A DNA stretch of 59,449 nt, the filler included. It is 5 parts of 5 records of this genome, joined end to end, with 100 filler letters (N's around TTAATTAATTAA, not from the genome) between each part and the next. Parts side by side here need not be neighbours in the genome. Positions count along the whole stretch, not along the records: positions 39,229 to 51,728 come from SRR31156797_22611; positions 51,829 to 59,449 come from SRR31156797_22630; 3 more parts are not named here. One strand, 5' to 3'. Positions 50,139-59,361 of this stretch are shown here, piece by piece; within the stretch, counting starts at the first letter, position 1, and the number at the start of each line of letters is the position of its first letter. Both the position numbers and the translations under genes were made by a program. The notes below the pieces were generated by a model. It did not search any database. It worked only from the letters and a program-made list of their open reading frames with translations, and was not told the origin of the DNA.

Positions 50139-51344
50139 TTAAACCTTCGCATGAACCGATTTTAGGCACTTCTTCATTTTTAGATAAGTCCTTTCAATAT
50201 CATCATCTAAACCTATAGAAATTCGAACCAATCCATCAGTTAAACCCATTTCCATTCTTTCCTCTTCTGGGATTTCAGATGAAGTACTTCCTCCTGGTGC
50301 GCTAAATAGTGTTTTATACGATCCAAGGCTTACTGCTAAATATCCAATATTTGCTTCCTGCATCAATTCCATAAAATGATTCGCCAATTCTTTTTCTTTC
50401 AAATCGATCACAAAAAGACCACCGCTACCAAAATTCTTATTTCCCATATCTTTCATGAGTTCATTCTGAGGATGACTTTCTAATCCGGGATAAAGTATTC
50501 TGTAACCATCAGCTTCCAATTTCTTGGATAAATAAAGCGCGTTTTGTCCATGTTGCTTCATCCTGATGTGTAAAGTCTTTAAATTTTTAAGAATACTTGC
50601 AGATCTAAGGCTATCTAAAACCGGGCCAAGAAGCATTGCTGAACCATTATTCACGTCGTATAGGGCGTCGGTGAAATCTTTACTGGCACAAATGGCTCCT
50701 GCAACACAGTCACTCATTCCATTAATGAATTTGGTTAAACTGTGAATTACAATATCAGCTCCCAATTCGGCAGGAGAGAAGATTAATGGAGAAAAAGTGT
50801 TATCCACTACCAATTTGCAGTTATTGGCTTTAGCGAGCGCAGAAAGAGTCCTAATATTAGTTATTTCCAACATCGGATTACTCATCGTTTCGCAATAAAT
50901 CAGTTTTGTATTTTTATTGATTGCTTTTTCTACTTGACTAATATCTGTTGTGTTTATGAACTTTGTTGTGATACCAAATTTTGGAAGAAAGTTTTTTAGT
51001 AAGGCATAACTACCACCGTAAATAGTTCTGCTTGATACAATCTCATCTCCCGATTGGCATATTTGTAATAGAGTAGAGCTAATGGCTGCCATTCCCGAGG
51101 CTGTAACCAGTGCACTTTCGGTGTTTTCCATTTCAGCAAGTGCTTGCGAGAGATAAATATTGGTTGGATTCCAATGGCGCGAATACAAATAACAGCCATC
51201 AATTTCTCCATCGAACACACCAATCATTGTTTTTGCCTTAAGAAAGGTAAATGTAGAAGAATCGGTAATTGATGGATTGACTCCTCCAAACTCACCAAAA
51301 TTTTGCAAATCCTGTATTTGATCTGCCGGTTTAAAATTTCCCAT
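50139..51344 (-). CDS. Cys/Met metabolism PLP enzyme, methionine gamma-lyase-like
   Basis: YSRHWNPT, ASGMAAI, YGG, VVDNTF, HSLTKF (PLP lysine), AVSLG and GLVRISIG motifs. Confidence 0.85.
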   Translation of the reverse strand: MGNFKPADQIQDLQNFGEFGGVNPSITDSSTFTFLKAKTMIGVFDGEIDGCYLYSRHWNPTNIYLSQALAEMENTESALVTASGMAAISSTLLQICQSGDEIVSSRTIYGGSYALLKNFLPKFGITTKFINTTDISQVEKAINKNTKLIYCETMSNPMLEITNIRTLSALAKANNCKLVVDNTFSPLIFSPAELGADIVIHSLTKFINGMSDCVAGAICASKDFTDALYDVNNGSAMLLGPVLDSLRSASILKNLKTLHIRMKQHGQNALYLSKKLEADGYRILYPGLESHPQNELMKDMGNKNFGSGGLFVIDLKEKELANHFMELMQEANIGYLAVSLGSYKTLFSAPGGSTSSEIPEEERMEMGLTDGLVRISIGLDDDIERTYLKMKKCLKSVHAKV

Positions 51345-51660
51345 TGTTGCTAAAGTCTTAGTATTTAATTGTATTCTACTAAAGTTGGGAAAAATAATCG
51401 AAATAAAAGACTTTTAGGTCTGAAAATATATGGGGTGCTCTTGATACACAATAACTGGACTTATAACTTTTTTTATTAGAGTTGATAATAAGGGAGTTGT
51501 TTGTTTTTATTTCAGGATTTGGTAGCATTGTGATATTCTAGAAGAGGAATCAAGTTAGAAGTATGGCTAGTGAAATAAAATTTACCTAACCGATAGTAGT
51601 AAAATGTAAGTATAGAATATTCTGTGAACCAGTACTCGCCAATTTTTAAAAATTGAGCAT

Positions 51661-51694
51661 AAAAAAACCTCCGACTCAAATTGAATCGAAGGCT
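51661..51694 (-). terminator. Terminator downstream of the tRNA
   Basis: Minus strand AGCCTTCGATTCAATTTGAGTCGGAGGTTTTTTT. Confidence 0.6.
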
Positions 51695-51702
51695 TATGTT
51701 TT

Positions 51703-51728
51703 TGGCGGTCCGGACGAGACTCGAACTC
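51703..51728 (-). tRNA. tRNA 3' fragment, probably tRNA-Asp (cut by contig end)
   Basis: Minus strand GAGTTCGAGTCTCGTCCGGACCGCCA: T-arm, acceptor strand, G discriminator and CCA; anticodon not visible. Confidence 0.75.
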
Positions 51729-51828
51729 NNNNNNNNNNNNNNNNNNNNNNNNNNNNNNNNNNNNNNNNNNNNTTAATTAATTAANNNNNNNNNNNNNNNN
51801 NNNNNNNNNNNNNNNNNNNNNNNNNNNN
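51729..51828. other. Artificial contig linker
   Basis: 44 N + TTAATTAATTAA + 44 N. Confidence 0.99.
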
Positions 51829-51889
51829 CAATGATGGAATAGATTTTTCCTTTTCGCTTGTATAACGTCACTTGATCCGTTTTCCCCAA
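51829..51889 (-). CDS. 5' start of a truncated gene
   Basis: AGGGGG RBS, 7-nt spacer, then TTG GGG AAA... (MGKTDQVTLYKRKGKIYSII) running into the linker. Confidence 0.45.
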
Positions 51890-51979
51890 TACAAAGCCCC
51901 CTATTCTATTCATAACTGAGTATATTTTTGAAAAAACTTTTCCTATGGCAATGAGGTATGGACGTAAACTCCGAAGACA

Positions 51980-52567
51980 CTATTTGCGAAATAAAAAGTT
52001 TATGGACATGATCCACATATAGAAGAGTGCACCTCCTACTAGAAATAAAAAGCTGTATACATAAATATAGCCCATGTAGCATTTTCTTTTTTTGTAATAA
52101 AAGGCTTGATAGTAATCAAAAGCGAATAAACACCGTATCAAAGCGAACAGTAACATAAGTAGATTGAGAAAATACAATCGATCTAAGTGATACATAATCT
52201 GTTTCAAAGGTAATTGGTTTCGAAAAAGCAAATGATTAATTAAGCTTTCTGATCTGAATAAAAGCAAAATAAAAGAGACGAGTAAGCCGAGAAAAAAACT
52301 GATTTCTATACTATGTTTTTTTTCTTTAGGAATGTTTTTATGCGCATTCAACAAATAGGTCTTATAAAGAGAGTAGGACATTAATACGCTAAATAAGCCA
52401 CCTACCATATACTCGTTCGTCCCCGGAATATGTAAATACTTAGGAATCGTAAGCGGAAAAGAATGATATGCACTAAAACAAAGGGCTGAGGTGATCACTA
52501 GATAATCAATCAAAGCATACAATTTTCCTTTAGTTGTATCATCGTCGAATATCTTGAATTTTTTCAC
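51980..52567 (-). CDS. Hypothetical multi-pass membrane protein
   Basis: GTG start with AGGAGG RBS; about five hydrophobic segments; AT-rich. Confidence 0.78.
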   Translation of the reverse strand: MKKFKIFDDDTTKGKLYALIDYLVITSALCFSAYHSFPLTIPKYLHIPGTNEYMVGGLFSVLMSYSLYKTYLLNAHKNIPKEKKHSIEISFFLGLLVSFILLLFRSESLINHLLFRNQLPLKQIMYHLDRLYFLNLLMLLFALIRCLFAFDYYQAFYYKKRKCYMGYIYVYSFLFLVGGALFYMWIMSINFLFRK

Positions 52568-52759
52568 TTCCCTCCTCTTTTAGCAATCAAGGTTATCTGC
52601 TTAGGGATACCTCCAAAAATTAAGACGAAATAACTAATCCTACATTTTTCAAACAAATTAATCAATTTTAAATAAAATAATTCATTTTTGTCTTTTTATA
52701 TGATAAATTTAACTTGTATAACACGTGTTGTCAAACTTTAATTATGAGGAGGAATTGAA

Positions 52760-53779
52760 ATGAAGCAAAAATATTCAGTTATATTGTTACTTGTCGTTTT
52801 CCTGAGTGGTTTTTTCTCACCAATCACGGCATATGCTGTCAGTGAGAGTGGCAATTTTGCAGATGTTCCTGATGACCATTACGAAAAAGCGAATCTATTG
52901 GTCGCACTTGAAGAAGAGCTAGTAGAAATCGGTTTATCTTTGGAAATCTTTGCTAATACGAGTATCGATTTTGAAAATTTACAGTACCAGTCACTATTGC
53001 CAGCAGAGGAGCGTTCAGAAAGAAATTTACCAGCTGTTACGCCGGTCGTTCCTTTTGAGTTTCCTAAAGTCAAACAATTTGCCACTAGAATTTACGGGAA
53101 CAATCCCACCAATGATCAACTTATGCACACATTTATGCTTTATTATTTTGATGTGCATGATTATGATCGCAATGCTGGGCTGGTGGGTGACAGACTTCCC
53201 CTTCGTTACTACCCTGAGTATTACACCTTCAATGACACCAATGCTTACAATGCCTTCCTTAGAACCACTACGGGAACCAAGTACTTGAATTTCGCGTTAT
53301 CATCTTATGATACGGTAATTAGTCTTAAAGATTATTTTTCAAATCTAGATATCTATAACCTTAAAAATCATGTCTCTAATGTAAAAAAATCCATTGCGGG
53401 TTACAAGACCTTAGAACATGGAGCCTCTTTCATTGATGCTATTCATAAATATTTCACTGAAGAAAAACCTTCATTAGAATCCATAAACTCCCCAGAAAAA
53501 TTCATGGAAGAAATTTCCAAAATAATCGATACACAAGAAACCATCGACCAAGCTTCGAAAAAAGCTTTAAAAGGGATGTATGACACCGTTTTAGACTCTG
53601 TCTTTCTTCTACTTATGGGTGCAAATCCAATTGGGATAGCGGGAATCGCTACCATGTATGTTACCGCTATGGCGACAATGTACGTATCTATTATTGATCT
53701 TGCTGCCATCAATACTTTAGCGGGTACACGAAACAGCCGTCTAAACTTTAGACAGCTTAATAACTGGGGTATGTGGTAG
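52760..53779 (+). CDS. Hypothetical secreted protein
   Basis: GAGGAGG RBS; Sec signal ending AYA|V; long hydrophobic segment near the C-terminus; AT-rich. Confidence 0.82.
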   Translation: MKQKYSVILLLVVFLSGFFSPITAYAVSESGNFADVPDDHYEKANLLVALEEELVEIGLSLEIFANTSIDFENLQYQSLLPAEERSERNLPAVTPVVPFEFPKVKQFATRIYGNNPTNDQLMHTFMLYYFDVHDYDRNAGLVGDRLPLRYYPEYYTFNDTNAYNAFLRTTTGTKYLNFALSSYDTVISLKDYFSNLDIYNLKNHVSNVKKSIAGYKTLEHGASFIDAIHKYFTEEKPSLESINSPEKFMEEISKIIDTQETIDQASKKALKGMYDTVLDSVFLLLMGANPIGIAGIATMYVTAMATMYVSIIDLAAINTLAGTRNSRLNFRQLNNWGMW

Positions 53780-53823
53780 CAAATAAAAATCAATTTGTTA
53801 CCTATCCCCACCACTTACTATAT

Positions 53824-53871
53824 GAAGAAGGAGCCTTCGGAAATCAGTTGATTTTCGAAGGCTCCTTCTTC
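53824..53871. terminator. Long bidirectional hairpin between convergent genes
   Basis: GAAGAAGGAGCCTTCGGAAATCA-GT-TGATTTTCGAAGGCTCCTTCTTC. Confidence 0.75.
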
Positions 53872-53880
53872 TATCGTTGT

Positions 53881-54180
53881 TTATTTCTGTAAAGCTTTTT
53901 TCATCATACTGATCACAGAATCAAATTGGGAATGCTCATTGACGACTTGATCGGCTTTTTGCCGATTGGGGCGGTCTTTTAGAAAGTCGAAGATTTGGTT
54001 TTCATTCTGGATGCCTAATTTAGCCATAAACTCATCCAAGTTCTGAAAATCCGTATACTTTTGTAAGAAGTCATTGTTCAACAACGCCTTCACATCAAGA
54101 TCCCCTTTTTGATACGCTTGATAAAGGCTAGTCAGTTCACTGAAACTGAAATTTGCTTTTAATTGATCCATCCATCCCAT
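53881..54180 (-). CDS. Small hypothetical protein, co-transcribed with pncA
   Basis: AGGAGG RBS inside the pncA 3' end; ATG directly abuts the pncA stop. Confidence 0.8.
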   Translation of the reverse strand: MGWMDQLKANFSFSELTSLYQAYQKGDLDVKALLNNDFLQKYTDFQNLDEFMAKLGIQNENQIFDFLKDRPNRQKADQVVNEHSQFDSVISMMKKALQK

Positions 54181-54744
54181 TTATGCTTCCTCCTTCGTAG
54201 AAATGATTTTCGCACCAAGGGTATTTTCAAAATGGCGTAGTGCCCATTCATGTCCGACCGCGTCAAAGCTGGCAACGGTATCTGCATCGATCACCAGTTG
54301 GTAGCCTAAATTATAGGCATCCACTGCTGTATGCAAGACACAGATGTCGGTACAAACGCCGGTCAGGTACAATTCCGTGATCCCTCTTTCCCGGAGTCGG
54401 ATGTCCAAGTCGGTACCACTAAACGCTGAGTAATGGCGCTTGTCGATCCAATAGACATTTGGCGCTTCCTGATAGGTTTCATAAAGCGGGGCTAAACGAC
54501 CATAAAGATGTCGCCCCGCACTGCCCGCAAGATTGTGGGGTGGGAACAAGCGGTTTTCAGGATGATAGTTGTCTGTTTCCTCATGACGATCAATGGCAAA
54601 AACGACATACTCACCGGCTTCGATAAAGGCTTGCGTCCGAGCCACTAAGGCAGCTTCAATCGCTTGCCCAGCAGCACCCGTCGTCAATCGTCCCTCATCT
54701 GCAACAAAATCAAACGTATAATCAATGGATAGTAATGCTCTCAT
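54181..54744 (-). CDS. pncA: Nicotinamidase/isochorismatase-family cysteine hydrolase
   Basis: IDYT.DF, D.H, HPE..LFPPHN, KRHYSAFSGT and GVCTDICVLHT motifs. Confidence 0.85.
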   Translation of the reverse strand: MRALLSIDYTFDFVADEGRLTTGAAGQAIEAALVARTQAFIEAGEYVVFAIDRHEETDNYHPENRLFPPHNLAGSAGRHLYGRLAPLYETYQEAPNVYWIDKRHYSAFSGTDLDIRLRERGITELYLTGVCTDICVLHTAVDAYNLGYQLVIDADTVASFDAVGHEWALRHFENTLGAKIISTKEEA

Positions 54745-54787
54745 GCTTCCTTCCTCCTCTTACGGATCGGCTCTCCTGTTTTTTAAG

Positions 54788-55483
54788 TTACTTTAATGTT
54801 TCAACGAATGCCAAGACCATTTCAGCGGAACGCTTGCCAGCTTCTAAGATAAACTCATCAAAAGAGACGGTTGCTGCGTGGTCGGCGGTGTCGCTAATCG
54901 CGCGCACGATTAAGAAAGGAATATTGAATTGCTGCGCAGTCTGTGCGATCGCGGCTCCTTCCATCTCACAAGCCAAGGCATCTGGAAAATGTCCTAAAAT
55001 CTCCTGTACTTTTTGCGGGTCATGAATGAAGCTGTCACCAGTAACGATCAGTCCCTTTTTCACGGTATGATGGGTCGCTTCTGCGGCTTTTGTCATCTCA
55101 CTGATCAAATAGCGGCTGGCTTCATAATACAAAGGCATCCCGCCAGGCAGCTGGCCATATTCATAACCAAAGCCCGTCACATCGACATCAAAATAGGCCA
55201 CTTTATCTGAAATCACTAAATCCCCTACTTGTAAGCCGGCACCGATCCCACCAGCTGATCCAGTATTGATCACCATATTGACCCCGTATTGTTGGATCAG
55301 TAAACTAGTGGTGATCGATGCCAGAACTTTGCCAATACCTGAACGAACGACGATCACTTCATGATTGCCGATACTTCCTGAAATAAATAGTGCGCCGCCG
55401 CGTTCCCAAGAAAGCGGTGAAATCAACTGTTCCCGCAACGCCTTGATTTCTTCCTCCATTGCACCAATAATACCAATTTTCAT
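54788..55483 (-). CDS. mtnN: 5'-methylthioadenosine/S-adenosylhomocysteine nucleosidase
   Basis: MKIGIIGAMEEE, SGIGKV, INTGSAGG, TGDSF, EMEGAAIAQ and RAISD motifs; start placed at 55483 (GGAGG RBS). Confidence 0.95.
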   Translation of the reverse strand: MKIGIIGAMEEEIKALREQLISPLSWERGGALFISGSIGNHEVIVVRSGIGKVLASITTSLLIQQYGVNMVINTGSAGGIGAGLQVGDLVISDKVAYFDVDVTGFGYEYGQLPGGMPLYYEASRYLISEMTKAAEATHHTVKKGLIVTGDSFIHDPQKVQEILGHFPDALACEMEGAAIAQTAQQFNIPFLIVRAISDTADHAATVSFDEFILEAGKRSAEMVLAFVETLK

Positions 55484-55634
55484 GTGTTTGCCTCCTGCTT
55501 CTCGTTTATTTTTCATCCTTTAAAATGAAAAACAACAGAAATTCCCACGTATCTACTGACGTGTTTTTCTCCTTTCATGATAAACTAGTTTTGACGAAAC
55601 GAACAGTTTTTTGTCATTATCAAAGGAGGCACTT

Positions 55635-56237
55635 ATGTCTGAAATTTTCAACGCCATGGCAGCAAAATACGATACCCCTGAACGGATCGCGTTAGCACAA
55701 TTAGTCACCCAAACCCTTGAACCTTATTTTAAAGACAACCAGCACCAAACTCTGATCGATATCGGCGGCGGTACCGGCCTAGTAAGTCTGCCCTTAGCAG
55801 CTTATGTCCAGCACTTAGCCATCTGGGATACTGCCCCTGGCATGATCGAGGTTTCTGAAAAAAAAATCAACCAACTGCAGCTGGCCAATGCTTCTGCAAC
55901 TGTCCACGATCTGCTGCAAGAATCCTTACAAGCAAAAGCAGACGCTGTGCTGCTATCCCTCGTCTTGCTGCATATTCCTGACACAGCCGCTATGATGGAA
56001 AAACTATACGCCTTGCTGCAGCCAGGAGGAACCCTTTACCTAGTGGATTTCCTCAAAAATCCCGCCGTGTCTCACCCGCTGGTTCATAATGGGTTTGACC
56101 CTGCTGCATTGACTCAACTGACAGAGGCGATTGGGTTTACCGACACTTCCTTTACCGTTTTTCATGAAGCGGATCATTTGTTCATGAATCAGCCAGCGGC
56201 CATGTTTTTAGCTATTTTGAAAAAGCCGACCGAATAA
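55635..56237 (+). CDS. Class I SAM-dependent methyltransferase
   Basis: IDIGGGTG, LVLLHIPD, LQPGG.LYLVDF and VHNGF motifs; AAGGAGG RBS before ATG 55635. Confidence 0.88.
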   Translation: MSEIFNAMAAKYDTPERIALAQLVTQTLEPYFKDNQHQTLIDIGGGTGLVSLPLAAYVQHLAIWDTAPGMIEVSEKKINQLQLANASATVHDLLQESLQAKADAVLLSLVLLHIPDTAAMMEKLYALLQPGGTLYLVDFLKNPAVSHPLVHNGFDPAALTQLTEAIGFTDTSFTVFHEADHLFMNQPAAMFLAILKKPTE

Positions 56238-56239
56238 CA

Positions 56240-56278
56240 AAAAAGCCGCACTTGCAGAAGATGCAGGGGCGGCTTTTT
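56240..56278. terminator. Bidirectional terminator
   Basis: AAAAAGCCGC...GCGGCTTTTT between convergent genes. Confidence 0.75.
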
Positions 56279-56294
56279 CTTAGTACTAGATGAA

Positions 56295-56591
56295 TCACAA
56301 CAAAAAGATCGCCAAACCGACGACGACTAACAATAAAGTGACGATCACAATGGCTTTCATTAAAAAACGGTTCAGATCCCGAGATTTCTGGTTCTCACCG
56401 GCACGGGTCTTCGTGATTTCTTTGTTTTTCTTGCGCACTTTTCGGTAGTGGTTATCAATTTGTTTTTCTTTTTGTTTCCATTCTTTCTTGCTTTGCTTTT
56501 CTACGATTTGCTGATTACGTTCAGACGCCGCTTGTTCTTCTTCGCGTCGGCGTCGAAGTTCACTGCGGGTGATCAATGGTTCTTTAGGCAA
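56295..56591 (-). CDS. macP: Cell-wall synthase accessory phosphoprotein MacP-like
   Basis: PLITRSE N-terminus, charged coiled region, single C-terminal TM; conserved position after nudF. Confidence 0.72.
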   Translation of the reverse strand: MPKEPLITRSELRRRREEEQAASERNQQIVEKQSKKEWKQKEKQIDNHYRKVRKKNKEITKTRAGENQKSRDLNRFLMKAIVIVTLLLVVVGLAIFLL

Positions 56592-57162
56592 GTCCGTTCC
56601 TCCGTTTCAATTCCAGCAACTCCCAAAATTGGATCGCAAACACGGTCTTCGCATCACAGATCGTTCCATCAGCGATAGCGGCTTGTGCTTGCTCTAAGCT
56701 CAATTCATAGACTTCCAGCACTTCGTCTTCGTCTTGCGGTAAGGGATTTGCCACTTTTTCCAGCTCTTTCGCATAATAGACGTGCAAGATTTCATTCGCA
56801 AAGCCTGGTGAAAGGTACATAGAAGAAACATGCTCTAGCGTTTTTGCGCGATAGCCAGTCTCTTCTTCCAATTCCCGGGCGCCAGTCAAATCTGGACGTG
56901 CGCCTTCTCCTGGATCGATTTTGCCTGCTGGTATCTCTAAAATCACTCGCTCTAATGGCTTTCTGAATTGGCGAACGAACAGCATTTTGTTCTCACTCGT
57001 CAAGGCGATCACGGCCACCCCACCTGGGTGGAAGACTAGTTCGCGTTTACTGGTTCCACCATTGGGCAAGGAGACATCATCAACCACCACATCAATGATT
57101 TTGCCATGGAAAATTTCATTCCGTTGGATCGTTTTTTCTTCAAAATCTTTAAATTCTAACAT
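56584..57162 (-). CDS. nudF: ADP-ribose pyrophosphatase (Nudix)
   Basis: RELVFHPGGV, VRQFR, EIPAGKID...ARELEEETGY, SPGF and DAKT motifs. Confidence 0.9.
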   Translation of the reverse strand: MLEFKDFEEKTIQRNEIFHGKIIDVVVDDVSLPNGGTSKRELVFHPGGVAVIALTSENKMLFVRQFRKPLERVILEIPAGKIDPGEGARPDLTGARELEEETGYRAKTLEHVSSMYLSPGFANEILHVYYAKELEKVANPLPQDEDEVLEVYELSLEQAQAAIADGTICDAKTVFAIQFWELLELKRRNGLA

Positions 57163-57280
57163 CTATCGACACCTAACTTTCCTCATACGTCTTATCTATC
57201 AAACACTTTAGCATAATTTAGAAAAAATATCTTCTTAAGAAATAGCAAGAAAGCTTATGAATTTACTAAAAATCGGAAAA

Positions 57281-57325
57281 TCCACCCCAAGTCTGATATT
57301 TTTCTTTTAGTGAACATGCTAAAAT
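57281..57325 (+). promoter_or_regulatory. LiaR-type box and extended -10 for xpaC-telA
   Basis: TCCACCCCAAGTCTGA (T-N4-C-N4-G-N4-A) at 57281-57296; TGCTAAAAT at 57317-57325. Confidence 0.55.
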
Positions 57326-57380
57326 AAAGATGTCGAATAACCCAATCTACTTGTCCAAGAGATTTTTAGGAGGAGGAAAA

Positions 57381-58022
57381 ATGAAAAAAAACATCTGGCT
57401 GATCGTTGGTGCGATCGTCCTCATCAGTATTATTTTTAACGTAGTAGGCGATTCATTTGCGAGCCTATTATTAATCGTCGGTGCGATTTTAGTCTACGTC
57501 GGTATCAGAGGACGTAAAGTTCCGGCAGCGGATCCACAAGTTTTGCCTTCTTTAACGAGAGAACGAGAAGCCCATTACTTGAAAAGCGGAATGACTGCTC
57601 GTGAGATCGAATTGTTCCGTGAAACGATGAATCAGACGAAACACCAAATCGATAAATACCAAAAAAATATCACTAGCAATAACAAGTTAAAAGCCATTGA
57701 CTTGCGTCACGATGCCTTGCGTGCCTCAAAAGCTCTTTTCAAAGAACTCGTAAAAGAACCAACTAAACTGCCTTTGGCAAGTCATTTCCTTTATACCCAC
57801 TTGCCCAATATGGTCGATTTGACCGATAAGTTCATTGAAATCAATAGCCATGAGATCAAAAGTCGTGAGACCTATGATAAAATCGAAGAAAGCACACAAA
57901 TTATCGAGCAAATGGCTTCCTTGATCGCCAAAGACTACTCCCAATTTGTAGCAGACGATCTTGATGACATGGATATTGAGTTATCCATTGCCAAACAAAG
58001 CATAAAACGAGATAATGAATAG
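57381..58022 (+). CDS. xpaC: XpaC (5-bromo-4-chloroindolyl phosphate hydrolysis) family protein
   Basis: Two N-terminal TMs; FLYTHLPN..DL..KF.EI and DDLDDMDIE motifs; upstream of telA; start placed after AGGAGG. Confidence 0.85.
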   Translation: MKKNIWLIVGAIVLISIIFNVVGDSFASLLLIVGAILVYVGIRGRKVPAADPQVLPSLTREREAHYLKSGMTAREIELFRETMNQTKHQIDKYQKNITSNNKLKAIDLRHDALRASKALFKELVKEPTKLPLASHFLYTHLPNMVDLTDKFIEINSHEIKSRETYDKIEESTQIIEQMASLIAKDYSQFVADDLDDMDIELSIAKQSIKRDNE

Positions 58023-58119
58023 GGATAGATTCTGATTGGCAACAAAAAAAGAATCTAAAAAAAAATCTAGCCCAGGCTAGATTTTTTTCGAAAGCAGACA
58101 ATTATTAGGAGGAGTTATT

Positions 58120-59313
58120 ATGAGTGACACACCAAATCAAGTAAAACCCGTAACGGATACGCTTGACGATTTATTGAACAACCCATTTTCAACCCCTGTC
58201 GACACTTTGACCACTACTCAACAAGCGGAGATCAGTCAGCTGAAAGAACAGCAAACAGCACCGCGTTTGATTGACAAATTACCGCCAGAGCGTCAAGCAC
58301 AGGCTCAAGAATTAGCCAGCAAGATCGATGCAACTGACCAGCAAGCAGTCATCACCTATGGTGCAGCTGCCCAAACCAAACTTGGGGAGTTTTCCCAATC
58401 TATGTTGAACCATGTCCAAGCAGCTGATATCGGCCCTGTGGGCGACTCATTGACTGAGTTGATGTATCGCTTGCAAGAAGCTAATCCAGATGAACTGCGT
58501 GCAGGTGAAGGCAACTTATTCAAGCGGATGTTTGGTAAAGTAAAACAATCCATTTTTGAAATCACCGCTAAATACCAAAAAATCGGTGCCCAAATCGACA
58601 AGATCGCCGTCAAATTGGATAAAGAAAAAGACGGTTTGCTAAAAGACAACCTGATGTTGGAACAGTTGTATCAAAAGAACAAAGATTACTTCGATGCATT
58701 GAACATCTACATTGCCGCTGGCGAGTTGAAGATGCAAGAATTGCAAACCAAAATCATTCCTGAAGCTATGAAAAAAGCAGAAGAAACGAATGATCAAATG
58801 GACGTACAGATCGCCAACGATTACACGCAATTCCTAGATCGTTTAGACAAACGGACCCATGACTTGCGCTTGGCACGTCAAATCACGATCCAACAGGCAC
58901 CGCAAATTCGCCTGATCCAAAACACGAACCAAGCGTTAGCAGAAAAAATCCAAGCTTCTGTCAATACAGCGATCCCACTATGGAAAAACCAAGTGGTCAT
59001 TGCCTTGACTTTATTGCGTCAAAAAGATGCAGTTACGGCACAGCGCCAAGTTTCTGAGACCACCAATGATCTATTGAAGAAAAACTCAGAAATGTTGAAA
59101 GTTTCTGCTATTGAAACAGCGAAAGAAAACGAGCGCGGCATCGTCGACATCGAAACATTGCAAAAAACACAAAACGACCTTGTGGAAACGATCCAAGAAA
59201 CATTACGGATCCAAAAAGAAGGAAAAGAAAAACGTCGTGCTGCCGAAGTGGAATTGGGTCATCTAGAAGAAGACTTGAAAGACCGCTTATTGGATTTAAC
59301 TAGCAACAAGTAA
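58120..59313 (+). CDS. telA: TelA/YaaN toxic anion resistance protein
   Basis: [41 protein letters not shown] and [12 protein letters not shown] motifs. Confidence 0.93.
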   Translation: MSDTPNQVKPVTDTLDDLLNNPFSTPVDTLTTTQQAEISQLKEQQTAPRLIDKLPPERQAQAQELASKIDATDQQAVITYGAAAQTKLGEFSQSMLNHVQAADIGPVGDSLTELMYRLQEANPDELRAGEGNLFKRMFGKVKQSIFEITAKYQKIGAQIDKIAVKLDKEKDGLLKDNLMLEQLYQKNKDYFDALNIYIAAGELKMQELQTKIIPEAMKKAEETNDQMDVQIANDYTQFLDRLDKRTHDLRLARQITIQQAPQIRLIQNTNQALAEKIQASVNTAIPLWKNQVVIALTLLRQKDAVTAQRQVSETTNDLLKKNSEMLKVSAIETAKENERGIVDIETLQKTQNDLVETIQETLRIQKEGKEKRRAAEVELGHLEEDLKDRLLDLTSNK

Positions 59314-59325
59314 ATTTCACCTATC

Positions 59326-59361
59326 AAAAGAGGACTTCCATTCATGGAGTCCTCTTTTTTT
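59326..59361 (+). terminator. Terminator after telA
   Basis: AAAAGAGGACT...AGTCCTCTTTTTTT. Confidence 0.75.
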
